Source of the DNA: Lama guanicoe
Taxonomy: Eukaryota
NCBI GenBank assembly: GCA_013239625.1
Contig: MU054117.1
Span: 4,702,677-4,766,676 of the forward strand
DNA length: 64,000 nt
Direction: 5' to 3'
Shown here piece by piece: positions 13,001-28,000 of this stretch (position 1 is its first letter; each line of letters starts with the position of its first letter). Position numbers and translations under genes: made by a program. Under the pieces are notes generated by a model. The model worked only from the letters and a program-made list of their open reading frames with translations. It had not been told where the DNA came from and made no database searches.

Positions 13001-16000
13001 TGTGTGTGTGTGCCTACGTGTATGTATACCTTGCTTTTCCCTCCTGACAGGGTCTTAAACCTCCAATGACAGTGATCTTAACTAGTCCCTGGAACTTGGT
13101 TTCTACATACCATTCTCCCATAAAAGAAACTAGGACTCCATTGAGAATGGTTGATTCCAGGACTGAGCCAGGGAATGTACAAGATGAGCCTGGAACATCT
13201 TGTGGTCCAAGAAAGTAAGAGAGCAAAAGTGAGGGGAGCATGTCAGAGACATAGGCCAAGCTGAAGGTGCTCCCAGTGGTCAAGTGTAGGACAATCTGAG
13301 CAACAAAATAAGCACTAATAGGAATGGATTAAAACACAGAATAAGAGAAACTTTCTTGAATCCATTCTGATATAAACAAATAATTGAACAGATAAATGAA
13401 AGTGACAGCTCATTTTTATAGGGCATTCCCATTAGAAAGTGTGGAAGGAATGATGGAGTTAGAAAAATCACCTTTAGTAAACTCCACAGTAGTAATTGTG
13501 GCAGGAAGGAATCATCCATAGATGCCTAGAGCTGGAACCTGGTGAGAAACAGGATATTTACATAGTTTCAAAGTATCTCCCCACGAGATACTTAGTAGTT
13601 GCAAAGGGGAAGATAGTAACTTTGCAGTGGAGACCCCTGGCCAGCACTACCAGTTGATCAAAGTTAAGGTGGCCAGTAATAAGACATTGACATTGTGTAC
13701 TTCTTGGTATGATGCGTCAGAAGAGCCCAACCTCCATTCCTCGGTGATCTAACTGAAAGTATATGACCTCAGTCTAATCAGGAGAGAATATCAGACAAAC
13801 CTGAAGGAGGAAGATTGTACAGAGTAAACTGGCAAGGACACTTCAAGAGTCAAGATCATGAAAGACAAAGACTAGAACAGACTAGGGAGGTATGACAAGT
13901 AAATGCATCGTGGCGTCTTAGATTGGCTCCCGGACTGGAGAAAGGGCATACATAGAACAGTGGCAAAATTCACATAAGGCCTGTAGATTGGTTAATAACA
14001 TTGAATCAATGTTCATTTCTTGGTTGAGAATAGATCCTTGTACTGTGGTTATATAAGATGTTAACATTATCTGGGTGAATAGTACAGGAACTCTGTTTTT
14101 GCCACTTTTGTAATTTAAAAATTAAAAGAAAAAAAAAGATCCTGAGTTTGTGTTCACTACTAAGTTGGACAAGTCACATAGCTACTCTGACATTTAATTT
14201 CTTTTCCCATAAAATAGGCATGATACTGTCTGCTTTATCTAGCTCAGAGATGTGGTAAAACGCCAGTAAGGCTTTAATTGTAGAACAGGACAAAGTTGTA
14301 AGGTGCGATTATAATTGGTTACATTGAAATGAACGGTCTCCTTTTGTGATTCTACCAGTAAAACCAATTAATTCGATTTTGTGTCATGAATAGAATTTAC
14401 TGAAAAGGCCACTCCTCTCTGTGTTGATTAATTTCTTTCATCTTTTATAGCATTTCAGGCTGCCTTTCGAGCTCAGGGGCCACTGGCAGTGCTGGAGCAT
14501 TTTGATACCATCTACAGCATTCTACAGTAAGTGAAGTGCCCCTCTGGTACTTAAAAAAGGACTGGTGACTATTTGCCCTAACTTTGCATGTTAGTCCTGA
14601 AGCTCCGAATTATAGCTCACTGATAAATGGTTCTGGGTGCTGATATTTCTACTAATGAGCGTTTACCCCAACTTGCCACCGTATTGATTCAGTTGAGCAG
14701 TTTCACATGTATTTTTAAGCATTAGGTTCCCAGGTTCGGTCTGATCTGTTAGGATGGGCTCTACGGGTTCCTGTCTCACTCCCGCACTTTCTTTCCCTCA
14801 TAGTCACTTTCGAAGTATAGACCCTGGCCTCAAGGAAGATACTCTGGAATTCCTGATAAAAGGTGTTTATGGGTCCGGGGGTAGGGGATGGAAGGTGTTT
14901 CTGTTTGTTTGCTTGTTTATCGTTCCCTACATTTTATCAGCCAGATGATGATATCAAGGCTGTGGTGATTCAGTTGGTTTGGCTGAGCCTGGGGACCTCT
15001 GACCTATTAAGGTCTGTAATCTTGGTGGGCAATACAGAGTTATGTGTGTTCACTGTAAGGGCAGACCAACAATAAATTCTTCCTACCCTCCAACTGCCTT
15101 TTCAATAGAGGCAGTTTCTTCCGGTTGCCAGAGAAGCTGGGGTAACTGGAGTGGGAGAGTAGGGATAGGACACATTCAGGATGTCAGGGTCGGGGGTCCC
15201 AAAGGGCTTAGCTTGTGTTGTGGCCACTGAGAGATGAAACACAGATCTTTGGTAATCTGATGGCTGGAAATGCTGGGTATTTTGAAGTTGGGGTGTACGA
15301 GGAAAGTGAATGAAACTGACCCCAGATTCTGCGTCTTGAAGTGGTATCCCGCCACTCCCAGGAACTTCCCACTGTCTTGGATGATGCAGCTCTGAGCGCA
15401 TCAGACAGAAGCGCCCACCTAAATGCCCTCAAGATGAACTGCTATGCTCTGGTGCGCCTCTTGGAATCCTTTGAGACCATGACCAGCCAGACAAGTCTCA
15501 TGGACCTGGACCTTAATGGGAAGGTAATTTGGAGTTCCTGGCTCATTTAATATAGGGTCTGGGGAGATACAGGAATTGGTGGGAAAGAAGGGAATTCAAT
15601 GATTCTGAGAATCCTTTCTGTCCTTGTGTAAGGTTTATGAGGAGGCACTCAGCAGTATCACAATATACCCTCCACTGACTAGCAGCTTTTATATTTTGGA
15701 ATCTATAATGCTTCTGTCTTACCTTGTCTTGACACTGGATAGTTTGAGCACTCAGGCTAGTAGATTGTGACCCTCTTTGCATGCTTATTTTTTCCTAAAA
15801 GTATCCTTTTTTAGGGTAGGAAAGCCCGGGCCAAGGCAGCCCATGGCTTTGATTGGGAAGAAGAGAGGCAACCAATTCTTCAGCTTTTAACACAGCTCCT
15901 CCACTTGGACATCCGTCACCTGTGGAACCACTCAATAATTGAAGAGGAGTTTGTCAGGTGGGTAGTTATGATTGCTACCGGTGATACCCAGCTGTGAGGA

Positions 16001-19000
16001 ATGCGGCTTCTGTTGCTAGATATGCTTTTTGAATACATTGTTTCATGGCTAAGTTCTGTCTATGATGCATAGAAATATGCCCATGACATTGAGTTGTTAG
16101 GAAGCAGGTAAAGGAGGTTAGAAACTTATGTGAATTTCTCACCTTTAATGCCCGTTTATTCATTTATGAAACAGTATTTACTGAGAATCTCCTAGGTGCA
16201 TGGCTGGTATTATTATAGACACTGAAAACCAGCATTTCTGCCCTCATATAGTTTATATTACAGAGCAGAAAACAGTTTTTTAAATAAGTAAACTGTACGT
16301 TTTATGGTTTATTACTGTGGAGAAAAGTAGTGGTGAGGATGGGAAGTTTGATGCAAGAGGGTTGTGATTTTAAATCAGCCATTCTAGCAAGATCTCCTCA
16401 AGATGGTGACATTTGAGCAAAGCCCCAGAGACATTTGAGAGCCCTGAGGATATCTGGAGGAAGAGCAAGGGCAAGGAAAGGAAACAGCAAGTACAAAGGA
16501 GGGCAGGTGTCCAGCACACAAGTAATAGCACTGAGGCCAGGGCCGACAGCTGAGCCGGGGAGGGATTGGCTGTGAGGCAGGGGGCAGTGAGGAGCCAACT
16601 GCAAGTACTTGTAGGCATCACGGTGACTTTAGTGTTTTCTCAAAGTGAGATAGGTTCACTCGGGGTTCCGAGCAGGGCAGTTAGGTGGTCTGACTTTCCT
16701 TTAACAGAGTCATCCTGGCTATTGTGTTGAAACAGACTATGGAGAGAAGGGGAGAAAGCAGGGGACCAGTTAGGAGGCTGTTGTGGTGACTTGGATGAGA
16801 GGTGACAGTAGCTTAGACCCAAGAGGACAGTGGAGACGGGGAGAAGTGGATGCAGTCTGTACTTTTTCTCCTTAAGGCAGAACCTACAGGATGAGCTGAC
16901 AGATAGATGTGTGTGGGGATTAAGGCAGGGTGCAGTTGAGGATGACTCGCCCAGGGTTTTGCCCAAGCAAAGAGTTGCCAGTAACTGAAATGTGGGGGAG
17001 GCTGTTGGGGATGTCTGAGGAGACAGTTGAAGTTCTGCTTTGGACATAGAAAGTTGGAGGTATCTACTAGACGTCCAGGGAACGTCGGATTCAGGTGTGG
17101 AACGTGTACAAAGCTGAAGTACAGGAGAGAGGTCTGAGCTAGAGGTGCACATTTGGGAATAGAATGTATTTATGTAAGTTGTATTTGTAGCCATGAGACT
17201 GAATGGGATTAGTAACTCTGTAAGCGTAGCTGGAAGAGAGCAGAAATGCAGGGACTGTCCCCGGGGGCACTCCAGCATCAGGAGGGTGAGATGAGGGTGC
17301 CAAACTAGCTGAAGAAACTGAGAAGGGAATCGGGCCTCCTGGAAGCATGTTTCAGGGAGAAAGCAGTGGACCAGCTGTGTCAGATGCAGCTGAAGGTGGG
17401 AGGGTATAGCTCAATAACAGAGTGTGTGCCTAGCATGGACGAGGTTCTGGATTCAGTCCCTAGCCCCTCCACTGAAATAAACAAACTAGTTAACCCCCCC
17501 TCAAAAAAGAACAGGTGCAGATGAAAGGTCAATTAAAGTGAGGAAGTGAGTTGGCCATTTGACAATGAGAAGTCGCCAGCGGCTTTGTCCTACCTTTTGT
17601 CATATATTCAGGTTTGTGTAGGCGTCACAACTGGTTGAAAGTTGGTCATCTGGAAGGTCAGGGTGCCTCTCTGGGGGCTCAGCAGAGCAAAGCAAAGCAA
17701 CCTGATGCAGGAGGCAACAGAATAAAGAAAACTGGGGCCACAGAGATAGAATGAATGAGATGAAGCCCCAGTGTAATTGATTTCATCATCTGAACTCTGC
17801 CTTTCTCAGTTTGGTTACTGGCTGCTGCTACCGCCTCCTGGAGAACCCCACCATTAGTCACCAGAAGAACCGCCCCACGCGGGAAGCCATAGCCCGCCTG
17901 CTCGGAGTCGCCTTGACGCGTTATAACCATATGCTGAGTAAGTTAGCCCTCCCCTGAGCCCCGCCTTGGTCATTTCGCCCATGGTTTCTCACACTTCCTG
18001 CTTCCACAGGTGCCACTGTGAAGATCATCCAGATGCTGCAGCACTTTGAACACCTGGCATCTGTCCTGGTGGCAGCTGTGAGTCTGTGGGCAACTGACTA
18101 TGGAGTGAAGAGCATAGTGGGAGAGATTGTGAGGTGACTCTTCCTTCTCTAAGCATCTCATTCTCACTTCCCTCAGGGAGACGACAAAGAAAGATTGGAA
18201 ATACATTCCCTGTGTAACACTGGATCCCTTCAGATGTTAGCTACCAGTTGTACCTTCCCTTCCTGGGAACTGAGTCATTAAGTTAGATTGCCATGGCTGT
18301 TTTTTCCCCTGTGTAGAGAGATTGGCCAGAAGTGTCCCCAGGAGCTGAGTCGGGACCCTTCAGGGGCTAAGGGCTTTGCCGCCTTCCTGACAGAACTAGC
18401 AGAACGCATCCCGGCCATCCTGATGTCCAGCATGTGCATTTTGCTTGATCATCTGGATGGAGAGGTAGGTGGTCCCCTGGGGATCTTGGCTTTTTCTAGG
18501 GATTTTAAGTCCGTTACTGAAAGGCTGTTTCTTAACAAGAGGGTAGCTTCCACGTGAAATCAAGTTGTGTAGGCTGATCACTCTGGCAATTCCTTCCTGC
18601 AGAGAAGCAGATGAACTTTACTGAATTGAATAAAGAGCCATATGTTAACCCTGTTTCAATATCACACTGGCTTTATCCAGGTCTGGTAGGGGAGATGGCA
18701 GTTCCACAGCTTAAGTCTAGTAAGAGTGACTCAGCTGTGATTGCATCCTGTCCGAAGCCTCTTGCTGCCGCCCGGTTCTCAGATCCACCCATGTCATCTC
18801 TCTCAGTTCTCATCCCTCAGTGTTAACCTGGCTGCTTCCTAGACTGATGCAGGCACTCCTTGGTGAATGTCAAGGACAAAGACAGTCCACTCATTCATCT
18901 ATTGCACTTTAACTCATTATGCAAGACCCCGCTCTCTGGCTCCTGACCTGGCAAAAACTCCAAACCCTGTGTCACATCAGATTCCATAATGGATTTGTTT

Positions 19001-22000
19001 GGCACCAGGGCTGATTTCTGCTTCTTTGTGTCTCATTCTCTGTCAGTAAGATGTGGGAAGGGGAGTGTGAGGGAAAGGTGGCATTTAGTAGTAAGGATCA
19101 AAGGCTCAGATGACAGGCATGGTAATTAGAGCTTTTCAAATGTGTGTTGGTGGATAGATGTGATTTCATATTTGCTGCCACCATGGTTACCTGGGTGAGC
19201 TTGTGGGGGAAAATTGTACTGGGCTCTTGTTTATTTTGTCCCTGCATTCTTCTCTGAGCAGACAAGGCCCTTCTGGGATTCAGTTTTTTCCAGTGACCTT
19301 GGGGTGAATACCTGCTAGGCAGTTGACCAGAAAAAGTCTGAGCTAAGGAAAGCAAGCTTAACTTTGCCTAAAGGCCTTACCCTTTCTTTGTGCCTGGACA
19401 AGAGTTTAGGGAAAGGATAGTTAGTATTGGGGTGCAGAGGCCAGTACCAACCTCACTTCCCTCTCAGAATTACATAATGCGCAACGCCGTGCTGTCGGCC
19501 ATGGCAGAGATGGTGCTGCAGGTTCTGAATGGAGATCAGCTGGAGGTGGCGGCCAGAGACACCCGAGACCAGTTCTTGGACACCTTGCACGCCCATGGCC
19601 ATGACGTCAACTCCTTTGTGCGGAGCCGTGTTTTGCAACTCTTCACCCGAATCGTCCAGCAGAAGGTGAGCGGCCTTTGGCATGATAAAAGTACACAGTA
19701 CCTCTCTCTGTATAGACCGAAGAAAAGAGGGTCAAAGATACCTGTCTCAAAGAGTGTAGAATTCAGGATTTTACTACCAGTAATAGAAGTCTTCCTCTAT
19801 CAAGGACAGGGGTGCCTGACTCCGTTAAAGGACAATACTGCATCTTAACCACAAAAAGAGTAACCCCGAACTGCTCCTATCCCTAGGAAAGTTTCTTTAG
19901 AGTGAGTGGGAGCTCGTGCACAATGTACGTCACGACCATCTGGAGCAGAATGGACGATGTGGGGTGTGATCACATCCTCTTCCTGCCCCACATAGGCTCT
20001 GCCCCTGACGCGTTTCCAGGCAGTGGTGGCCTTAGCAGTGGGGCGCCTGGCAGACAAGTCGGTGCTGGTATGTAAAAATGCCATCCAGCTGCTGGCCAGT
20101 TTTCTCGCCAATAATCCCTTTTCCTGCAAGGTAAGTAGGCTTGGTCCACCCAAAAGAGAAGGAATTAAGGGAAACAGATACGAAATTCTGTGACTTAGTG
20201 ACTTTGATATTCATTTTACCTCTGTAGCTTAGTGATACTGACCTGGCTGGACCACTGCAGAAGGAAACCCAGAAACTGCGTGAGATGAGGACCCAGAGGC
20301 GAGCTGCAGCTGCCTGTGAGTAGTTACCGCCCAAGACCTCACCCAGACATCCTCTCCCTGCAGCCAGACACTCAGTGCAGGGGTCTAAGTGAGCCTGTCT
20401 CATTCAGCCGCGGTGCTGGACCCAGGGGAGGAGTGGGAAGCCATGCTGCCGGAGGTGAGGGCTGCCCTGCAGCAGCTGCTGGCGCTTCCCCAGGAAGCAG
20501 AGGAGATCCCTGAGGAAATTGCCGAGACGGAGACCTCTGGAGACATGGAAGGACGCATCCGTCGGTTGCTCGCCAAAGCGAGTTACAAGTAGGTGACAGG
20601 ATGGGATGTTCTCTGGTGGCCTGTTAGGGTTAGAATTCGCCTTTGAGAGACAATTTCTTTAAAATGAACTGCCACCAGGTGATGCTGCCACCAGGTGATG
20701 GTAGGTGTTCTCCTTGCAGTAAGAGTCTGAACACCAGGTTTATGCCAGAGGCAAAGTCTGCAATCAAGCATGCCTTTCTGCTGTTGCAAATGTTTAAGGA
20801 AACTACTAAAACAGCTAAATGCAAATAGTGTTATAATTAAATATGACCAAAATCCTGCTTTATTTGAAGGAGACGTATAAGTATGATTCTAGTTCTATAA
20901 AGTAAGTTGCTTAAACTTTCTGGACCTCAGTTTCATTACCTTTTTTTTTTTTTTAAGTTGATTAGATCGTATGATCTCATGATCTCTAGCAGCTTTCTAA
21001 TTCCAAAATCTATGAGCTGATAAATAATGACAGAGTTGCTCAATCGTACCTTCATCTTTCAGTCTAGTACGGATCCTAATCTTAGGGAAAAGGGTTTTGT
21101 GACTAGAACTTGAGAGCAGCTTGGTGACAAAAGTCTGCTCGCGTTAAACCTCAGCCACGAGTTGTTTGCTTTCCTTCCTGCCTGACCGGGTGGCTCACAG
21201 ACGGCTGAGGAGAAGGCGTGCAGCCGGCCCTCCCATTCCCTGCGGCTCTCTGCTGTCTCGCTTTGCTTCGCTGAAGCGTAAGGGAGACTGGTTTTCTGAC
21301 CGTTCTGCCTCCAGGCTTGCTAGTGACCAGTTAGAGAAAGGCTGCTGCTTCTGTTAACGGTATCTCCTCCTCCTCCAGCCTCCTCAGCCTTCGGTGCTGG
21401 GTGAGGTTCTTAGTAGTGGAGATTTTTGACTTCCAATTACAAATTTAAACCTATGTTAAACCTTTTTAAAATAACTTTTGAAACAGTTTAGTAGCAGCGG
21501 TTTTTTGTTGTTGTTGATGTTTGTTTGTTGAGCAGGAATCTACTTTTTTGAAATTAAACAATACGTTCACATGGTACAAAATTTAAAATTACAACAAGGA
21601 CATGCCATGAAAAGTCCCTTCCAAACCGACTTTCCGGCCCCTTAGTTCCCTTCCCACGGGGAGGCAATGTTAGTCATTATGAAGCCTCCTTCCGGAGGTA
21701 GTGCATACATACACAGTCAAACGTATTTTCATTTTTCTTTCTTTTTACACAAGTAACAGGGAATTCTCTACCCACTGACTCACCACCTTGCTTTTTTACT
21801 TAACTGTGTGTCTCGGTGGTTTTTAATATCTGCATAAATAGCTGCCTCATTTGCTATGGCTCCATCGAATCCTATAATATGGCCATGCTATAAATTAACC
21901 CATTATCGAAAGTTTATTTTTCCTAAACTGTCTCATAGCAAAGTGTTTTTAAGCAGACGTTTAGCATAGGTTTGTGGTTTTTAAATTTAAAAAGCCTTCC

Positions 22001-25000
22001 TTGAGTTTTTTGAAGCCTGTGGTAAGTCTTGTTCAGAGATAGGGAGATGCTTGGAGCTCCTTCTCTTCGTAGGTGCCCCTCAACTTTGTAAGCGTGAGAA
22101 GTGTCCCTTTTCTTTGGGGCAGCAGGTCTGGGTTCTTGATGGAATCATGAGGTGGGCTCCCTGACAGAAGGCTGTAGCGACACTCCTGTGGGTGCCGACT
22201 TGTGACAGGCTGTTCTTTCAGGCAGGCCATCATTCTCACTCGAGAAGCCGTGGGCCACTTCCAGGAGTCTGAACCCTTCTGTCACATGGACCCAGAGGAG
22301 TCAGAGGAGACCAGGTTCCTGAATCTCTTAGGAACTATCTTCAAAGGTAAATTCCTTTTCTTTCTTCAGTCAACAAACAAGATGTTCCAACTAGTATTTA
22401 TGGACCATTTACTTTATGTCAGACGCTGGCCTGGCTAACAGAACCTGGTGCTGAAAGAGGCCAGAGAGGGGCTGGCTGTGCTTGTGCCCTGGCATGGAGG
22501 CAGCCCACAGGCCCAGGGCTGATAGTCACGGGGTATGAAAGGGTGTTTCCAAACCAGAGGAGGAGAAATCTTTTTGAGAAGTAGACCAAGACATTTTGGA
22601 ATAAATTCTAAATTTATACCTTCCTATCATAGAAACAAATATCCAGGAGTGTTTGGACCTGTTGGGTATCCCCATGTACCTTTGAACAAAAACCATCCTG
22701 CAGTTCTCTAACTCCTAGGCCCAGCAGCTTCCACACAGGGGGCGAATCCCCAGGAGACTGTGGGGAACTTGGGCCCAGGAGAGACTGACCTTAAGGACAA
22801 GCCCAGTGTGTCAGAGCCTGAGAGACGCAGGGAAGACGATGAGCTGGTGAAGCAGGAGATGCTGGTGCAGTATCTGCAGGACGCCTACAGCTTTTCTCTG
22901 AAGATCACAGAGGCCATCGGCATCATCAGCAAGATGATGTATGAACACACAACGACAGGTGTGCCTCTCCGCGCTGGCAGGACCAGTCTTGTCCGTGTTT
23001 TATTAATACTCGTCTGCTCCTTTGCAAGGCAGGGATTCTTTATCTCCGTCTGCTTTGTGTAGCCCCAGGGAGCGTGTGCCGTTTACCACGGATACTATTT
23101 CACAGTCAGGTGTTTAGGGGACGCAGCACCCCCAGGGGGTGAGGAAGGCCTCCACGTGCGCATTGCTACATCAGGAAGGTTCTTATCCTGAAGTACTTGG
23201 GAAGGTTTTGCCAAGCAGATGGGTGACACTTGTGTTTGTCCTCTCAGTGGTACAGGAGGTGATTGAATTCTTTGTGATGGTGTTCCAATTTGGGGTACCC
23301 CAGGCCCTGCTTGGGGTGCGCCGCATGCTGCCTCTCATCTGGTCAAAGGAGCCTGGTGTCCGGGAAGCGGTGCTGAACGCCTACCGCCAACTCTACCTCA
23401 AACCGAAGGGGGACTCTGCCAGGTGAGCGCTAACCCTTCTGAAGCCAGCTTCTCCCGGGATGTGTCTCGTCTCCTGAAGGGCGGGGGCAGCATCCTTAGA
23501 AGGGAGTCCCAAATCCAGAGGCAGTAGGTCTGTAATGGGGCTCCCGATAAAACCCATCCTAAGCACTTATTTGGTGGTTTGTTGTTTACTGAAGTATAGT
23601 TGATGTACAGTATTGTATAAGTTACAGGTGTACAACACTGTGATTCACAGTGTTAAAGGTCTTACTCCATGTATAGTTACCATGAGACATTGGCCGTGTT
23701 CCCCGTGTTGTACAGCAGAGCCTCACAGCAGTAGCAGCTTGTACACAATATCTGTGTTTCTTCATCCGCTGCCCCGATCGCCCTTTCCCCATTCCCTCTC
23801 GCCTGCTGGCACCGCTAGTCTGTTCTCTGTGCCTGTGAGTCTAAAGCAGTTGTTTACTATTTGACCCTGTGGTGGGATCGCCCTAATGACCTGTGAGCCA
23901 GGCTCAGCTTCTCAGCCTTGTAATGACCCTGATCCCTGCTCTTCCCGCAGAGCCAAGGCCCAGGCTTTGATTCAGAATCTCTCTCTGCTGCTGGTGGATG
24001 CCTCAGTTGGGACCATTCAGTGTCTTGAGGAAATTGTAAGTCTCCTCACTTCCACTTATTCATTCAGCAAGCAGCAGTGAGTAATTACTGTGTGTTCAGC
24101 AGTTTACTCAGCCCCAAAAAGAAGTATAAGATTATTTGCTTTCAAGTCTAGTTGGCAGCCAAAAAACAAAAGATTTCTAGAACAATGCAGCAGACGGATT
24201 GCTAGGTGCCAGAGTAAATGGCACAGGTCGTGGTTATAGCGGCAATTGTGGTGCAACAATCATGACACTTAGAGCGTGCCTGCCAGGCACTGTTCTCAGC
24301 ACTTTGCTCATATTAACTGGTTTAATCTTCATGACAGCCTTGTGAGCTCGTACTGTTATCTGCATTTTACAGTGAGAAATCTGAAGCGCAGAGAGGTTAC
24401 AGAACTTGGCTAATTACAGCTAGTTAGTGGCAAAGTTTGAGATTCAAACTCAGGCTTAAAAGTTCCAGAAAACATACTTTGACCGTGTCTGTCATCCTGG
24501 AGTGGGGAACAGAGCAGCGTGAGGTGGAATAGTTGAGGAAAAAGCTTCCTGAACGTAGCAGGACTTAATTTGGGTCTTGATGAGCAAGATTAGAGACTCA
24601 GAGAAAGGAAGGGAAAACATTTAAGTCAGAAAGCCAAGAGAGAGCTCTGCCTGTGCTGTTGGATGACCATTTTGTTCTGGCTCAAAACTGTTATCTGGAA
24701 AAGATGGTAAAGCTGGAAATGTGGGGTGGAACTAAATCAGGAAGGTCCCTGGATGACTTGAACCTTGTCAGCCAGCAACCCCAGCGTTTTACTTTGGCAG
24801 ATGTGCTTGGAAGCATTCAGATTATGGGACAAAAGGCAGAAGTGGTGCCGACCACTGGTGCCCACTGGGAGGAGCACCACCGCCGGCCACATTTTCTCCT
24901 CCCTGTGGAAAAGGAGGGCCTGGTGGTGGCACCTGGCCTGCGATCTCATAGGGTAGCTACTGGCCAGCAGCCCACACAGCAGGTGAAGGAGAGCTGTTTC

Positions 25001-28000
25001 TAAGCGGCTAGCAGCGCCAGGTGTGATGAAACCGACGTCCGGGGAGACCGTAGCGTACAGGGCGGTGGGGGAGAGCAGAGGCTGTGGTAGGTGTGCGGCA
25101 ACGAGGGCCTAGACTTTGGGGTGGGAGGAGAGTCTACAGAACCGCACTTAATGGAAGACGGTTTCAAAAGGAAGACTGGGTAGGACTAAGTGCTGCTTCA
25201 CAATTAGGTGACAGTGAAGTCTGACGCGCACGTGGCTGAGAGTGATGGTGTCTGTTGGCAAGACAAAAGGCAAAGGATGATGGCCTCCATTTCAGACATG
25301 TGGCATTTGTGGTGACGGCAAGGAGACCCACTAGAAATCTCCAGAATGGAGTCCAAACTGTAGGTCCACACAAACTCAGCAAGGGCATCTGCGATGTGTC
25401 ATTTATATATGATACTGTAAGAAGTGGGATTTTGAAGGCATGAAGGTAGAAGAGTGGTGGAGACGGAAGCACCTCCCCAAAGCCCTGCTTTGTGTCGTGA
25501 GCCTCCTCCTTCCTCTCCTGTTCTAAGCATCGCCTTTACCCACCTCAGGCTCTCCGTGTTCTCTCCAGAGAAGGTGGGCCAAGCCTCAGGGGAATTGTTC
25601 TTTTTTGGCCTGAACAGTTTTTCATTTCTCTGCAGCTCTGTGAGTTTGTGCAGAAAGATGAATTGAAACCAGCAGTGACCCAGCTGCTGTGGGAGCGGGC
25701 AACTGAGAAGGTCCCCTGCTCGCCTCTGGAGCGCTGTTCCTCTGTCATGCTTCTTGGGATGATGGCACGGTGAGGCTCAGAGCCAGACAGGCAGGGGGAT
25801 GAGAGGAGGGGAAGGTTCCCTTCTGTAATAGCAGTCAGGCCCAGCTGAGCTCTGCGCATGCGTCAGCCATCTAAATGGAAAATAAAACAGTGACAGGACC
25901 AGCCCACCCGCCCGGCAGAAATAGCGGGGTCATTAGAGCCGAGGGATACCGAGGGGCCGGCCCTGGGTCAAAGCCTCTGTGGAGCTCCAGGGCCCTGTGT
26001 CGGATGCTGGCTCCTGCCCTCCTTGGCATTGTCCCCCACACAGAGTCAGGTCTGTGACTGGCTTTAACTCTTTGGCTTCCTCTCCCTAGAGGAAAACCGG
26101 AAATTGTGGGAAGCAACTTAGACACACTGGTGAGCATAGGGCTGGATGAGAAGTCTCCACAGGACTACAGGCTGGCCCGACAGGTGTGCCACGCCATCGC
26201 CAACATCTCTGACAGGAGGAAGGTATGTGAGGTGGTTACGTCCAAACCAAGGAGTGCGGGGTCCTCCCATCCACCCTCACACACACCTACATTGTCTTCC
26301 CTGCTCTCAACAGCCTTCTCTGGGCAAACGTCACCCTCCCTTCCGGCTGCCTCAGGAACACCGCTTGTTTGAGCGCCTGCAGGAGGTGGTCATAAAAGGT
26401 GAGCTACTGGGAGGGGCTCGGGCAGAATAGGGTCCTTTGTCGGCAGTGGGCAACTTCTCCCTTCTCCTGTGCAGGCTTTGTCCACCCAGACCCACTCTGG
26501 GTCCCATTCAAAGAGGCCGCAGTGACTCTCACTTACCAGCTGGCAGAGGGCCCCGAGGCGATCTGTGCCCGGATGTTGCAGGGCTGTGCGAAGCAGGCCC
26601 TGGAGAAGCTGGGGGAAGAAAGTGCCACCCAGGAGGCCCTGAGTAAGTGGGCAAGGGGGTCAGTGGGCCCGTGGGCAGCAGCCAGCTTCTGCTGCTGTCC
26701 CTGCTGGCCAGAAGCCACTGCCACCACCACTTCCTACAGTGACCCCTGACCCCCTCAGCCCGCCTTGTCCCTTTTTGTCACCCGTGCTGGGCTAGTCACT
26801 GCCACCATCCCTCCACTGCCATCTCTGCTTCTTTACCAGGCTTTATAGCACATGAGCAGGGGACCATCAGTACAAACAGGGCACCAGGTCCTATGAGGCT
26901 TGATTGTCTTTTTCTCCCTGCCGTCCCTCCCTGCTCCTGCAGAGGACACCCCCATGCTCCCCACTTTCCTGTTGATGAACCTGCTGTCCCTGGCCGGGGA
27001 CGTAGCCCTGCAGCAGCTGGTGCACTTGGAGCAGGCGGTGAGCGGAGAGCTCTGTCGGCGCCGAGTTCTTCGGGAGGAGCAGCAGCAGAAGACGAAAGAG
27101 CCAAAGGAGAAGGTGAATGGTGCGCCTGGGCGCTGGGGCCCGTGTCCCAAGCATTTCCCAGGGTTGCTTCCTGCCCCCGGATGGTTCACATTTCCCTCTG
27201 GGGATCCCTGCTTCTCTCCTGTTAAATAAGCTGGAAACTGCCCTCCTTGCTGCTACTGCTCTGGGAAAGATTGGTGAGAGCAAAGATGGATCACCCAGGA
27301 AGCAAAGTTTTAGGTAAATCAGAGCGCTGAGTTAGGGACCTCGGCATAAAATACAGGCTCTGCCCAAGGCAGTCTTTGTTAGAACAAGCACGTCCCTGCC
27401 TTTCCCGGCAGCCTCGGGGGCTGGGCCTGGCACCTGCTGGGACCTTGTGTTCTCTCCACTAGAGGCAGTGATGTCTGGCAGGCGAATAAGACAGAGTCCT
27501 GCAGCAGTGGGATAAAGTCTGACCTTCTCTGTGACCTTGAACCGTTGTCTGGCAGGCTCTATTTACTGTATGCAGGAAATTATATACTTCCGTGAGGATG
27601 CACTAAGAAGAGATGTAGGATGCTCTGGCAACTTAAAAAACAAGCAGAGGGGACCTAGTTCTTTTCCTGTTTGATTCAAGAGTCCTTCCTCTTTAGATGA
27701 GTATGAGAAGTCTGTGAATGGTTTTGCAGAATTTGCCTTTCTCCAGATCCATTCATGGGAAATGAAAGGTAAGCTGGAATCAAAACTGTCTGCTCACCCA
27801 TGACCCCTGGCTGCTTTCCCATCAGCATACAAGCTCCGAGGCCACCATGGAGGAGGAGATGGGGCTGGTCGGAGCTACTGCTGATGACACGGAGGCAGAA
27901 CTGATCCGCAGCATCTGTGAGCTGGAGCTGCTGGATGGTGAGAAGCAGTGCTGAGGGGCCGCCTCCCCCGCTGACATAGCCTGTCCCAAACCTTGAGTTG

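Noticed and set aside
16640..17278. 212-aa minus-strand ORF
   Set aside because: Falls inside a degenerate L2 element and is not a host gene.
17398..17470. tRNA gene-like sequence
   Set aside because: It has A/B-box remnants, but also an A-rich tail, a target-site duplication and multiple diverged copies, so it is a SINE.
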